The notes beneath the pieces are model-generated. The model was not told the DNA's origin. It worked only from the letters and a program-made list of their open reading frames with translations, and searched no databases. The position numbers were made by a program, and so were the translations under genes. From positions 17,777-81,776 of the forward strand of contig JAAYAX010000006.1 in NCBI GenBank assembly GCA_012719175.1: a stretch of DNA of 64,000 bases, read 5' to 3'. The DNA is from Methanomassiliicoccus sp. GTDB taxonomy: Archaea > Thermoplasmatota > Thermoplasmata > Methanomassiliicoccales > Methanomassiliicoccaceae. The first letter of the stretch is position 1. Each line of letters begins with the position of its first letter. Shown here piece after piece: positions 46,927-54,764 of this stretch.

Positions 46927-48216
46927 ATGGAAGCGGCAGGCAACATATCGTTCACAGATCCCAAAGGAACAGTGACAGCTCAGGGCGAGGCCAAGGTGGT
47001 CCTCGGCCCCGAAGCTCTGGAGGTCCGTCCCCGGGGCGGCGGAACAAGGTCCCTGCCGTTGCGAGACATAGTCGCCGTGACCAGCGTCAACTACTTGCTG
47101 GATATCCTGTACTTCGATGGCAGCCGCCTGAGGATATCCGGTCTGGGACGCGGACATGATGACGTTTTAAGGGAACTGCATGCCTCCCGGAACGCCATGA
47201 TCATGAGCGATCTGCTGATGGGCGAGAAGCTGCGCAAGCAGGGGGTCAGGGGAGAGCTGAAGCCGGCCTTCCGCGGTGCCGAGGGACCCTGCGAGGTGCG
47301 CCTGTACGACACTGCTCTCATCCTGCTGCCCCTGCGTGCATCGCTGATGAGGATCAGGTACAGTGATGTCGTGGGCATCGAGGCCGCCAACCACGCCCTG
47401 AAGATGGAGCTGGAGAGCGGCGAGCGTCTGTCCATGGTCATGCTGGGCCGAGAGCTGGACCCCCTGTGGAAGGGCATATCGGACGCCATGTCAGAGCTGG
47501 AGGCCAACGTCCAAGGGGTCATAAAGGACCTCTATCCGGCGGCCACGGGAGAGCAGGTGACGGCCGCCTCTCGCCTGTTGAAGGAGGGCCGGGCGGCCCG
47601 AAGACAGGACCTCGAGGACGTCTCCCCCGACCTGTTCAAGGCCCTGGAGGCCCGCCTGCGGGCCCAGGGCATGGGGGCGGAGTACGATCACCTGGTGTCT
47701 CGAGGCGAGAAGGACCTTCTGCGCATCGGCATCAAGCGCAGCCTGGTGCCCACGCAGGAGGAGGACTACATGTGGTTCATGATCCCCATCCTGGGCAGGG
47801 ACGGGAATGCCGTGGCCATGGAGGCCACATCCGGTCCTGGCGGCGGGCGTGCGACCTACTTCTTCCGGGTGACCTCCCGTTCCGGCTACGAGATCCTGGA
47901 CAAGGATGAGCAGAGGGAGGCGGCGGACAGAGGCATGGACACTCTGACAAATGGTCTCCGGGACATCAACTTCCGACGTCAGCCCATATATCTAGCCGAC
48001 GATAAGCTCCAGGCCCCGCAGTACTCTAAGTACCGGTACTCCATCGCCCTCATGCCCTCGCTGCGCGATCTGCGCTACCTGTTCATCGGGCGTGTGGCCC
48101 ATACCTCCCCGGAGGAGTGGACGGCCAAGGTCAATGAGCTGTTGGCCTTCAACTCCAAGGCCAAGGGTGATGAGCGCTGGACCTCCACCCAAGAGCTGCC
48201 CGAGGAGGGGGATTAG
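46927..48216 (+). CDS. hypothetical protein with 100-aa-period internal duplication
   Basis: aa 24-81 and 124-180 align without gaps (16 identities); no family recognised. Confidence 0.7.
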   Translation: MEAAGNISFTDPKGTVTAQGEAKVVLGPEALEVRPRGGGTRSLPLRDIVAVTSVNYLLDILYFDGSRLRISGLGRGHDDVLRELHASRNAMIMSDLLMGEKLRKQGVRGELKPAFRGAEGPCEVRLYDTALILLPLRASLMRIRYSDVVGIEAANHALKMELESGERLSMVMLGRELDPLWKGISDAMSELEANVQGVIKDLYPAATGEQVTAASRLLKEGRAARRQDLEDVSPDLFKALEARLRAQGMGAEYDHLVSRGEKDLLRIGIKRSLVPTQEEDYMWFMIPILGRDGNAVAMEATSGPGGGRATYFFRVTSRSGYEILDKDEQREAADRGMDTLTNGLRDINFRRQPIYLADDKLQAPQYSKYRYSIALMPSLRDLRYLFIGRVAHTSPEEWTAKVNELLAFNSKAKGDERWTSTQELPEEGD

Positions 48217-48232
48217 GACTGCAGGGATGGCA

Positions 48233-48247
48233 ACAATTTATAATTGT
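48233..48247. promoter_or_regulatory. palindrome ACAATTtatAATTGT containing TATA-like TTTATAA, about 30 nt upstream of 48276
   Basis: Read directly. Confidence 0.35.
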
Positions 48248-48275
48248 CTGATATATTTCCCAGCCAAGGGGTAGA

Positions 48276-48617
48276 ATGCCTGGATACATGAAACCGTGCC
48301 GGTACTGCGGAGAGCTGGTGCCGCCAGACTCCAATGATTGTCCCATCTGCGGAAAGCACAATCCGGTGGACGAGCTGAGATGTCCGAAGTGCCGTTCCCC
48401 CATAAAGGAGGGATGGAAAACGTGTTCCGCCTGCGGGCAGTCCCTGACCGTAGTATGCCCGTATTGCATGAAACCGACGTTCTTCGGCGATCACTGCCAG
48501 AACTGCCAAGCCAGGCTAATGGTGAAGTGCCAGCAGAAGAAGTGCGGCTTCGAGCAGCCACCCCTCGGTCCCATCTGCACCAAGTGCAAAAAACCAATCT
48601 CGGGGGCTAAGAAATGA
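48276..48617 (+). CDS. poly-zinc-ribbon protein (about four ribbons in 113 aa)
   Basis: CRYC, CPIC, CPKC, CSAC, CPYC, CQNC, CQQKKC, CTKC. Confidence 0.7.
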   Translation: MPGYMKPCRYCGELVPPDSNDCPICGKHNPVDELRCPKCRSPIKEGWKTCSACGQSLTVVCPYCMKPTFFGDHCQNCQARLMVKCQQKKCGFEQPPLGPICTKCKKPISGAKK

Positions 48618-49279
48618 GCAAGATGATAGCGTTCAACGACAACTATTCTGACGATAGCACTGAGGCCGGGTTCACGTTCACCTTCTACTGCGATAAGTGC
48701 CGCGAGGGGTACAAGACCCAGTTCATACCTTCCAAGACCTACAAGAAGAAAGGGTTCTTTGACAGCATCGGTAAGGTGGCCAGCGCCGCTGGCAGCATCA
48801 CCGGGAAGTATGGACTGGGGCACGCCGGGGACGTGGGAAGCGACATCATGTCGCAGAAGTACTCCGGAATGTCGCCTGCCTGGCACCAGGAGCACGAGCA
48901 GGCCTTCGAGCTGGCACAGAACGAGGCTCGAGGCCACTTCCACCGCTGCCCCCGCTGCCAGAAGTGGGTCTGCGACAACGATTGGAACCCTGAGGCCTCC
49001 ATGTGCGTGGACGATGCCCCGCTGGAATCGGTGGAGGTGGCGGCGGCCCGCGCGGACAAGATGAAGAGGGACATCCAGGAAAAGGCCGATAAGACCGAGG
49101 TGTTCACGGGAGAGATCGACCAGCGCCAGGCTATCTGCCCCAAGTGCGGCAAGCCTGCCGGGCAGGGCAAGTTCTGCAACAACTGCGGCGCTCCCATGGG
49201 GATGCCGAAATGCCCTCAGTGCGGGGCTCAGAACCCGCCCGCGGCGCGCTTCTGCTCGGAATGTGGTGGCAAGATCTAA
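48614..49279 (+). CDS. zinc-ribbon protein, function unknown
   Basis: CDKC ... CPRC split pair, C-terminal CPKC..CNNC..CPQC..CSEC double ribbon; ATGA overlap with preceding gene. Confidence 0.7.
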   Translation: MSKMIAFNDNYSDDSTEAGFTFTFYCDKCREGYKTQFIPSKTYKKKGFFDSIGKVASAAGSITGKYGLGHAGDVGSDIMSQKYSGMSPAWHQEHEQAFELAQNEARGHFHRCPRCQKWVCDNDWNPEASMCVDDAPLESVEVAAARADKMKRDIQEKADKTEVFTGEIDQRQAICPKCGKPAGQGKFCNNCGAPMGMPKCPQCGAQNPPAARFCSECGGKI

Positions 49280-49374
49280 GGACGGGTGGGGCGACGGCCG
49301 GAGGAACGGCCGCGCACACCTTAAAACATTTTTTAGTCCTGGCAACAGGATAAGGGGAAGAAGGGGGAAGGATA

Positions 49375-50622
49375 GTGGAGAAGGACATATGGGTCAGGCG
49401 GTTCTTCACCGTCTGGACGGGCCAGGCCTTCTCGCTGTTGGGAAGCCAGTTGGTGCAGTTCGCCCTGATCTGGTGGCTGACAGTGGAGACAGGCTCGGCC
49501 ACGATCTTGACCTTGGCCTTAGTGATGGGTATAGCCCCTCAGGTTTTCATCACGCCCTTCGCCGGAGCACTGGTGGACCGCTGGAAGCGCCGTCGGGTGA
49601 TGATCGTCGCCGACGGGCTGACCGCGCTCCTGACCCTGGCGCTGATGATGTTGTTCGCCCTGGGGATCGTGGACGTGGTCCACATAATGGTGGTCCTGCT
49701 GCTGCGCTCCATACTTTCAGGGTTCCACTGGCCCGCCATGCAAGCCTCCACCTCGCTCATGGTCCCCCAGCGCCACCTGGCCCGCGTCAACGGTCTGAAC
49801 GAGTCGGTGAGGGGCATAGCCTCCATCGCCGCGCCCCCCCTGGGAGCGGTCCTCATAGCCGCCCTGCCCATGTACCTCGTCCTCTCGGTGGACATGATCA
49901 CCGCCCTGATAGCCATCGTCACCCTCTTGGCAGTGTACATCCCCGAGGTGAGGAAGGCCCCAATGGAGACGAGGTCCACCATCTCCTCCGAGCTCAGGGA
50001 CGCATGGCGGTACCTATGCTCGTGGAAGGGCGCGCTGCTGCTGATGATGATCTTCATGCTGATCAACTTCCTCATCAATCCTGCCTTCGCCCTCCTCCCC
50101 CTTCTCACCGTCCAGCATTTCGGCGGCGGGGTCCTCGAGTACGCAGCCCTGGAGTCCATGGCCGGCCTGGGGATGGTCCTCGGAGGCCTTGTTCTGGGCG
50201 TCTGGGGAGGTTCTTCCAGGAAGGTGGTGACCTGCATGGCCGCGACCGGACTGTGCGGCGTGGGGGTGCTGACCATAGGGGTCCTGCCGCCGAACGGATA
50301 CATCATCGCCACCATTGGATGCCTGGTCATCGGGTTTGCCCTCCCCATCATAAACGGCACCATCGTGGCCATCATGCAGAGGGGCGTCCGCGCGGACATG
50401 CAGGGCCGGGTCCTGGCCATCCTGGGGGCGGGGGTCACTGCGATGAGCCCCATGGGCTTGCTGCTGGCCGGCCCCTTGTCGGACGCGGTGGGGATACAGG
50501 TTTGGTTCATAGGAGGTGGGATAGTAATGCTCATCACAGCCTTCGGCTCGGCGTTCATGCCGGTCATCACCCGCATGGAGGACCGGGAGGTGGAGGAGGT
50601 GCCGTTGGAGACGGCCCCTTGA
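49375..50622 (+). CDS. MFS transporter (efflux-type)
   Basis: 12 predicted TM segments, G.LVDRW.RR motif; GTG start with GGGGGAAGG SD. Confidence 0.8.
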   Translation: MEKDIWVRRFFTVWTGQAFSLLGSQLVQFALIWWLTVETGSATILTLALVMGIAPQVFITPFAGALVDRWKRRRVMIVADGLTALLTLALMMLFALGIVDVVHIMVVLLLRSILSGFHWPAMQASTSLMVPQRHLARVNGLNESVRGIASIAAPPLGAVLIAALPMYLVLSVDMITALIAIVTLLAVYIPEVRKAPMETRSTISSELRDAWRYLCSWKGALLLMMIFMLINFLINPAFALLPLLTVQHFGGGVLEYAALESMAGLGMVLGGLVLGVWGGSSRKVVTCMAATGLCGVGVLTIGVLPPNGYIIATIGCLVIGFALPIINGTIVAIMQRGVRADMQGRVLAILGAGVTAMSPMGLLLAGPLSDAVGIQVWFIGGGIVMLITAFGSAFMPVITRMEDREVEEVPLETAP

Positions 50623-50671
50623 GCGCTCGAGGTCAACAGCTTGATGTGCCATGTGCTAGAATGGTAACACC

Positions 50672-52663
50672 ATGGAGCATCATGGCGCCCATCATCCCGG
50701 TCCCGCGCCCGGACCGGTCCCCAGCGTTCATGGCAACAAGGGCCACGGTCTCCTTACCCGCTTCCTCGTCTGCATGGCCCTAACAGTGCCCATCCTCCTT
50801 CTCACCCCGGAGGTCCAGGACCTCCTCTCTTTCCGCTTGGACCTGCCCTATTCCGAACTAACGCTCCTCCTTTTGTCCACGGTCGTCTTCCTCTACGGCG
50901 GATGGCCGTTCCTGTCGGGCATGGTGGAGGAAGGGAGGAAGCGCCGACCAGGCATGATGACCCTGGTGGCCCTGGCCATCAGCGTGGCGTACATTTACAG
51001 TGCGGCCTCGGTGCTGACCCTCCGCGGTTCGACCTTCTTCTGGGAGCTGGCCACCCTGATAGACATCATGCTCCTGGGCCATTATCTGGAGATGCGCTCC
51101 GTGCAGGGAGCATCCACGGCCCTGGAGGAGCTGGCACGGGTGCTGCCGGCCGAGGCCGACCTCGTCGGTAAGGACGGGACCAGGAAGGTCCCCGTAACGG
51201 ACCTGAGGCCCGGCGATCTCGTGCTGGTCCGCCCCGGGTCCAAGGTCCCCACCGATGGGAAGGTGGTCGAGGGAGAGAGCGATGTCAACGAGTCCCTTCT
51301 CACCGGAGAATCACGTCCTATCTTGAAGTCCCCCGGCAAGGAGGTCATCGGTGGCTCCATCAACGGCGATGGGTCCCTCACCATAGTGGTGACGAATACG
51401 GGAAGCGATACCTATCTCAGTCAGGTCATCGAACTGGTGCGCAAGGCCCAGGAGAGCCGGTCCCATAGCCAGGACCTCGCGGACCGGGCCGCCCTGGTGC
51501 TGACCATCATCGCCATCGTCAGCAGCACCGCGACGCTGGGAGGTTGGCTAGCGCTGGGTCAGAGCTCCGGATACGCAGTGGAGCGGGCGGTCACGGTCAT
51601 GGTCATCTGCTGCCCTCACGCTCTGGGCCTGGCGATCCCCCTGGTGCTGGCCATCTCCACCGTCCTGGCGGCACGCTCCGGTTTCATCATAAGGGAGAGG
51701 GACGCCTTCGAGCGGGCCCGGAACGTGGACACCGTCGTCTTCGACAAGACCGGGACCCTGACCGAGGGCAACTTCCGCGTGGTGGCGGTGACCCCGGCGG
51801 AAGGGACCGATGAGAACGAAGCGCTCATGATCGCCGCGGCGGTGGAGTCGCCCTCCGAGCACCCCATCGCCCATGGCATTGTGGCCGCCGCCCGGGAGCG
51901 CGGTCTAACGGTGGTAGAGGCGCAGGACTATCGCAACATCCCCGGGAAGGGGGCGCGGGCGACGGTGAGAGGGATCGAGCACATGATGCTCTCCCCCTCG
52001 GCCCTGGGGGAGCTGGGGGTGACCAAGAACATCCCCGACATCGTCAAGCTCTCACGTGACGGCCGAACCGTCGTCGTCCTGGCCCGAGGGGACCGGGCGC
52101 TGGCCGCGATCTCCCTGGGGGACAGGACCAGGAGCGAGTCGGCGGAGGCCGTGGCCGATCTGCGGCGGAGAGGCATACGCACGGTCATGCTCACAGGGGA
52201 CAGTGCAGAGGTCGCCAAGGCCGTGTCCGCGGAGCTGGGGATGGACGATCACCGCGCCTCTGTGCCCCCAGCGGGGAAGGCCGCCGCCATCCAGGAGCTT
52301 CAGGACGGTCACATCGTGGCCATGGTGGGGGACGGGATCAACGATGCCCCCGCCCTGGTGCAGGCTGACGTGGGGGTGGCCATCGGCGCCGGTACCGATG
52401 TGGCGATAGGATCTGCGGACATCATCCTGGTCCGCAACGACCCGCGGGACGTGTCCCGGATGTTGGACCTGTCCCGGAGGACATATTCCAAGATGGTGCA
52501 GAACCTCGTCTATGCGACCGGATACAATGCCGTGGCCATACCCCTGGCCGCAGGGGTTCTGGCATCTCAGGGCATCGTCCTCAGCCCGGCAGTGGGGGCG
52601 GTGCTCATGAGCCTCTCCACGATCGTGGTGGCGATCAACGCACGCCTCCTTCGTTCCGATTAA
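50672..52663 (+). CDS. copB: copper-transporting P1B-type ATPase, CopB-like (CPH motif, His-rich N-terminus)
   Basis: MEHHGAHHPG.., TGES, CPH in TM6, DKTGTLT, GDGINDAP. Confidence 0.9.
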   Translation: MEHHGAHHPGPAPGPVPSVHGNKGHGLLTRFLVCMALTVPILLLTPEVQDLLSFRLDLPYSELTLLLLSTVVFLYGGWPFLSGMVEEGRKRRPGMMTLVALAISVAYIYSAASVLTLRGSTFFWELATLIDIMLLGHYLEMRSVQGASTALEELARVLPAEADLVGKDGTRKVPVTDLRPGDLVLVRPGSKVPTDGKVVEGESDVNESLLTGESRPILKSPGKEVIGGSINGDGSLTIVVTNTGSDTYLSQVIELVRKAQESRSHSQDLADRAALVLTIIAIVSSTATLGGWLALGQSSGYAVERAVTVMVICCPHALGLAIPLVLAISTVLAARSGFIIRERDAFERARNVDTVVFDKTGTLTEGNFRVVAVTPAEGTDENEALMIAAAVESPSEHPIAHGIVAAARERGLTVVEAQDYRNIPGKGARATVRGIEHMMLSPSALGELGVTKNIPDIVKLSRDGRTVVVLARGDRALAAISLGDRTRSESAEAVADLRRRGIRTVMLTGDSAEVAKAVSAELGMDDHRASVPPAGKAAAIQELQDGHIVAMVGDGINDAPALVQADVGVAIGAGTDVAIGSADIILVRNDPRDVSRMLDLSRRTYSKMVQNLVYATGYNAVAIPLAAGVLASQGIVLSPAVGAVLMSLSTIVVAINARLLRSD

Positions 52664-52695
52664 GATTAAGACCTGCCCGAGCCTTGGGGGGTGCG

Positions 52696-53076
52696 ATGCG
52701 CTGCACCCACTGCCAGAAGTGCTGCCGCGAGACCATGATGGAGCTCTCGGAAACGGACATCGTACGTCTGGAGCGTCGGGGATACCAGCGCCAGGACTTC
52801 AGCTATATCGGTGTGGATGACATCCCCCGGCTCCGCAACGAGGGCACGTGGTGCTTCTTCTACGATCCCGAGCAAAAGCGATGCCGCGAGTACGCCTCCC
52901 GGCCGCTGGGCTGCGCCCTCTACCCGGTGAACCTGGACCAGGACGGGGAGGCCTTCATCGACGGACTGTGCCCTCAGGGTGGGAGCGTGACCGAGCAGGA
53001 GCTAAGGCTCAAGGGGAAACGCCTGGTCATGCTCCTCGCCACCATCGATGGCGAGGCAGCGCGCCGTAAAAGATGA
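52696..53076 (+). CDS. YkgJ-family cysteine-cluster protein
   Basis: CTHCQKCC ... C.FY.....C..Y..RP..C..YP; ATG 52696 (track start 52684 is TTG). Confidence 0.75.
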   Translation: MRCTHCQKCCRETMMELSETDIVRLERRGYQRQDFSYIGVDDIPRLRNEGTWCFFYDPEQKRCREYASRPLGCALYPVNLDQDGEAFIDGLCPQGGSVTEQELRLKGKRLVMLLATIDGEAARRKR

Positions 53077-53123
53077 AAGCGAGATGAAAAACGGACCCGT
53101 CCGGAGCGTCCCGATGGGCAGGT

Positions 53124-53852
53124 TCAAGCGTCCGCAAGCGCCTCCAGCATCCTCGAGATGCTATCCAGGGCCACCCTCCCCCGGCCGCTGATGAAGTAGA
53201 GGCGGCTCTTGCGATCATAGTCGATGTAACCGGCATCAACGAGCACCTTGAGGTGGAACTGCAGATGCCCCTTCTTCATGTTCAGGTGCCTGCTCAAGGC
53301 GGCGAGGCCGTCATCCTCGGCGGACAGGCGCTGGAGTATGCTTATGCGGATGGAGCTGGACAGCGGCCCCAGGGCGGCCTCGGCGGAAGCAGGGGAAAGG
53401 GTCGCTTCCCTCGCCGGTGTCATCTCCGCGGAACCAGCGTTACCGACCTGCAGCGCGGTCGTGTACGTGTTGAAATATGAGGTGAGCTGGGCCTCCAACG
53501 AAGCCATGAGGTCGATCGCCCGATCGATGCCCAGGTCCTCCACCACCTTCCTTGACCGATGCACCCGGAGGTACTCCATGCCCCCGGTGCTGTTCTCCCG
53601 ACCGAACGCTTCCAGAGCACCTTCCAGCCATCGAATGATGTCTCTCCGGAGGACGACAAGCTCCGAGCGAGGCATGGCCAGGAACTCATCCTCGTCAAGC
53701 TCCCGGTCCATCATCTCCAACAGCACAGGGCGTATCTGCCTCACCATCGCCGACCGCACATCGTCCTGGCGCAGGCTCATGAAGGAATCGCCCATCGCCC
53801 TTACCTCGAAGCGCAGGGCCTCGATCTGCTTCCTCAGCTCCTCGTTCCTCAT
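53124..53852 (-). CDS. regulator with C-terminal ArsR-type winged helix and about 150-aa helical N-domain
   Basis: RISILQRLSAEDDGLAALSRHLNMKKGHLQFHLKVLVDAGYI. Confidence 0.7.
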   Translation of the reverse strand: MRNEELRKQIEALRFEVRAMGDSFMSLRQDDVRSAMVRQIRPVLLEMMDRELDEDEFLAMPRSELVVLRRDIIRWLEGALEAFGRENSTGGMEYLRVHRSRKVVEDLGIDRAIDLMASLEAQLTSYFNTYTTALQVGNAGSAEMTPAREATLSPASAEAALGPLSSSIRISILQRLSAEDDGLAALSRHLNMKKGHLQFHLKVLVDAGYIDYDRKSRLYFISGRGRVALDSISRMLEALADA

Positions 53853-53860
53853 CGCATCTC

Positions 53861-53880
53861 AGTAATAGAATTATATTACT
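53861..53880. promoter_or_regulatory. inverted repeat AGTAATA-N6-TATTACT; second pair TACTAAG (53877-53883) / CTTAGTA (53908-53914)
   Basis: Read directly in the 110-bp divergent region. Confidence 0.35.
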
Positions 53881-53962
53881 AAGAAATACTTTAATATTAC
53901 CATAGACCTTAGTATGATCAAGCCCGGCCGAGAGGCGAGGGCGGTGTAAAAGAGGTTATTGG

Positions 53963-54601
53963 ATGAAGATCGGCATCATCGCCTGCGAGACCTTCGAGCG
54001 AGGCCTTGAGAAATTGATCAAGGACGATCCCGACATTGCGTACAAGGAGTACATGGAGTTCGGGCTGCACGAGTTCCCCCAGGTCCTGAAGCGGACGGTG
54101 GTGGATAAGGTCAACTCCCTGGAAGGCAAGGTGGACGCGGTCCTCCTGGGCTACGGCATCTGCAACTCCCTCGAGGGCATCACCAGCCAGATGAAGGTTC
54201 CCACTGTCCAGCTGGTGGGCGACGACTGCATCGGGGTGCTGATCACCCCGGAGGAGTACGAGAGGGAGCGCAAGGTCTGTGCCGGCACCATGTACCACAC
54301 CCCCTACTTCGCCAAGATGAACAAGGAGTGGTTCGAGCGGAAGATGAGGGAGCAGATGCCCAACTACGAGGAGCTGGGGATCGATATGGACTGGTACCTG
54401 GGTAAGCTCTTCGACGGGTACTCACGGGTGCTGTTCATAGATGACGGCCTGGGGGGCATCGAGCCCCTGATAGACATGTCGAGGCAGTTCGCGACCGACC
54501 TGCACCTGCGACACGAATGCCGGTGCGGGACCCTAAGGCTGCTGGAAGAGGGGCTGGCGAGAACGAAGGCTCTGGCGAGGGAAGGGGCACACGCCCTCTG
54601 A
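53963..54601 (+). CDS. DUF1638 domain protein, paralog 2
   Basis: MKIGIIACE..ERGLEKLIKDDPDIAYKEYMEFGLHEFP..LLGYGICNSL. Confidence 0.7.
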   Translation: MKIGIIACETFERGLEKLIKDDPDIAYKEYMEFGLHEFPQVLKRTVVDKVNSLEGKVDAVLLGYGICNSLEGITSQMKVPTVQLVGDDCIGVLITPEEYERERKVCAGTMYHTPYFAKMNKEWFERKMREQMPNYEELGIDMDWYLGKLFDGYSRVLFIDDGLGGIEPLIDMSRQFATDLHLRHECRCGTLRLLEEGLARTKALAREGAHAL

Positions 54602-54702
54602 GCAAAAATTGCGGCCGGGCGACCGTGCCATTCCTGAGCTTTGCGATCGTCCCGCAATCTTCGTGTCATTATTACCATTGATTTCCTGACAGGTGAGCTT
54701 TA

Positions 54703-54720
54703 AAATAATATATATTATTT
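54703..54720. promoter_or_regulatory. perfect 18-bp AT palindrome AAATAATATATATTATTT, about 45 nt upstream of kinase start
   Basis: Read directly; likely contains TATA box. Confidence 0.4.
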
Positions 54721-54764
54721 AATAAACGGCTCTATAAATATAGTGGTGTCGAGCCAGTGACATC

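Noticed and set aside
49263-50783. 506-aa plus-strand ORF overlapping the MFS gene
   Set aside because: It is an alternate frame of the MFS transporter. It is Arg/Gly/Pro/His-rich with no hydrophobic periodicity, whereas frame 49375-50622 gives 12 clean TM segments.
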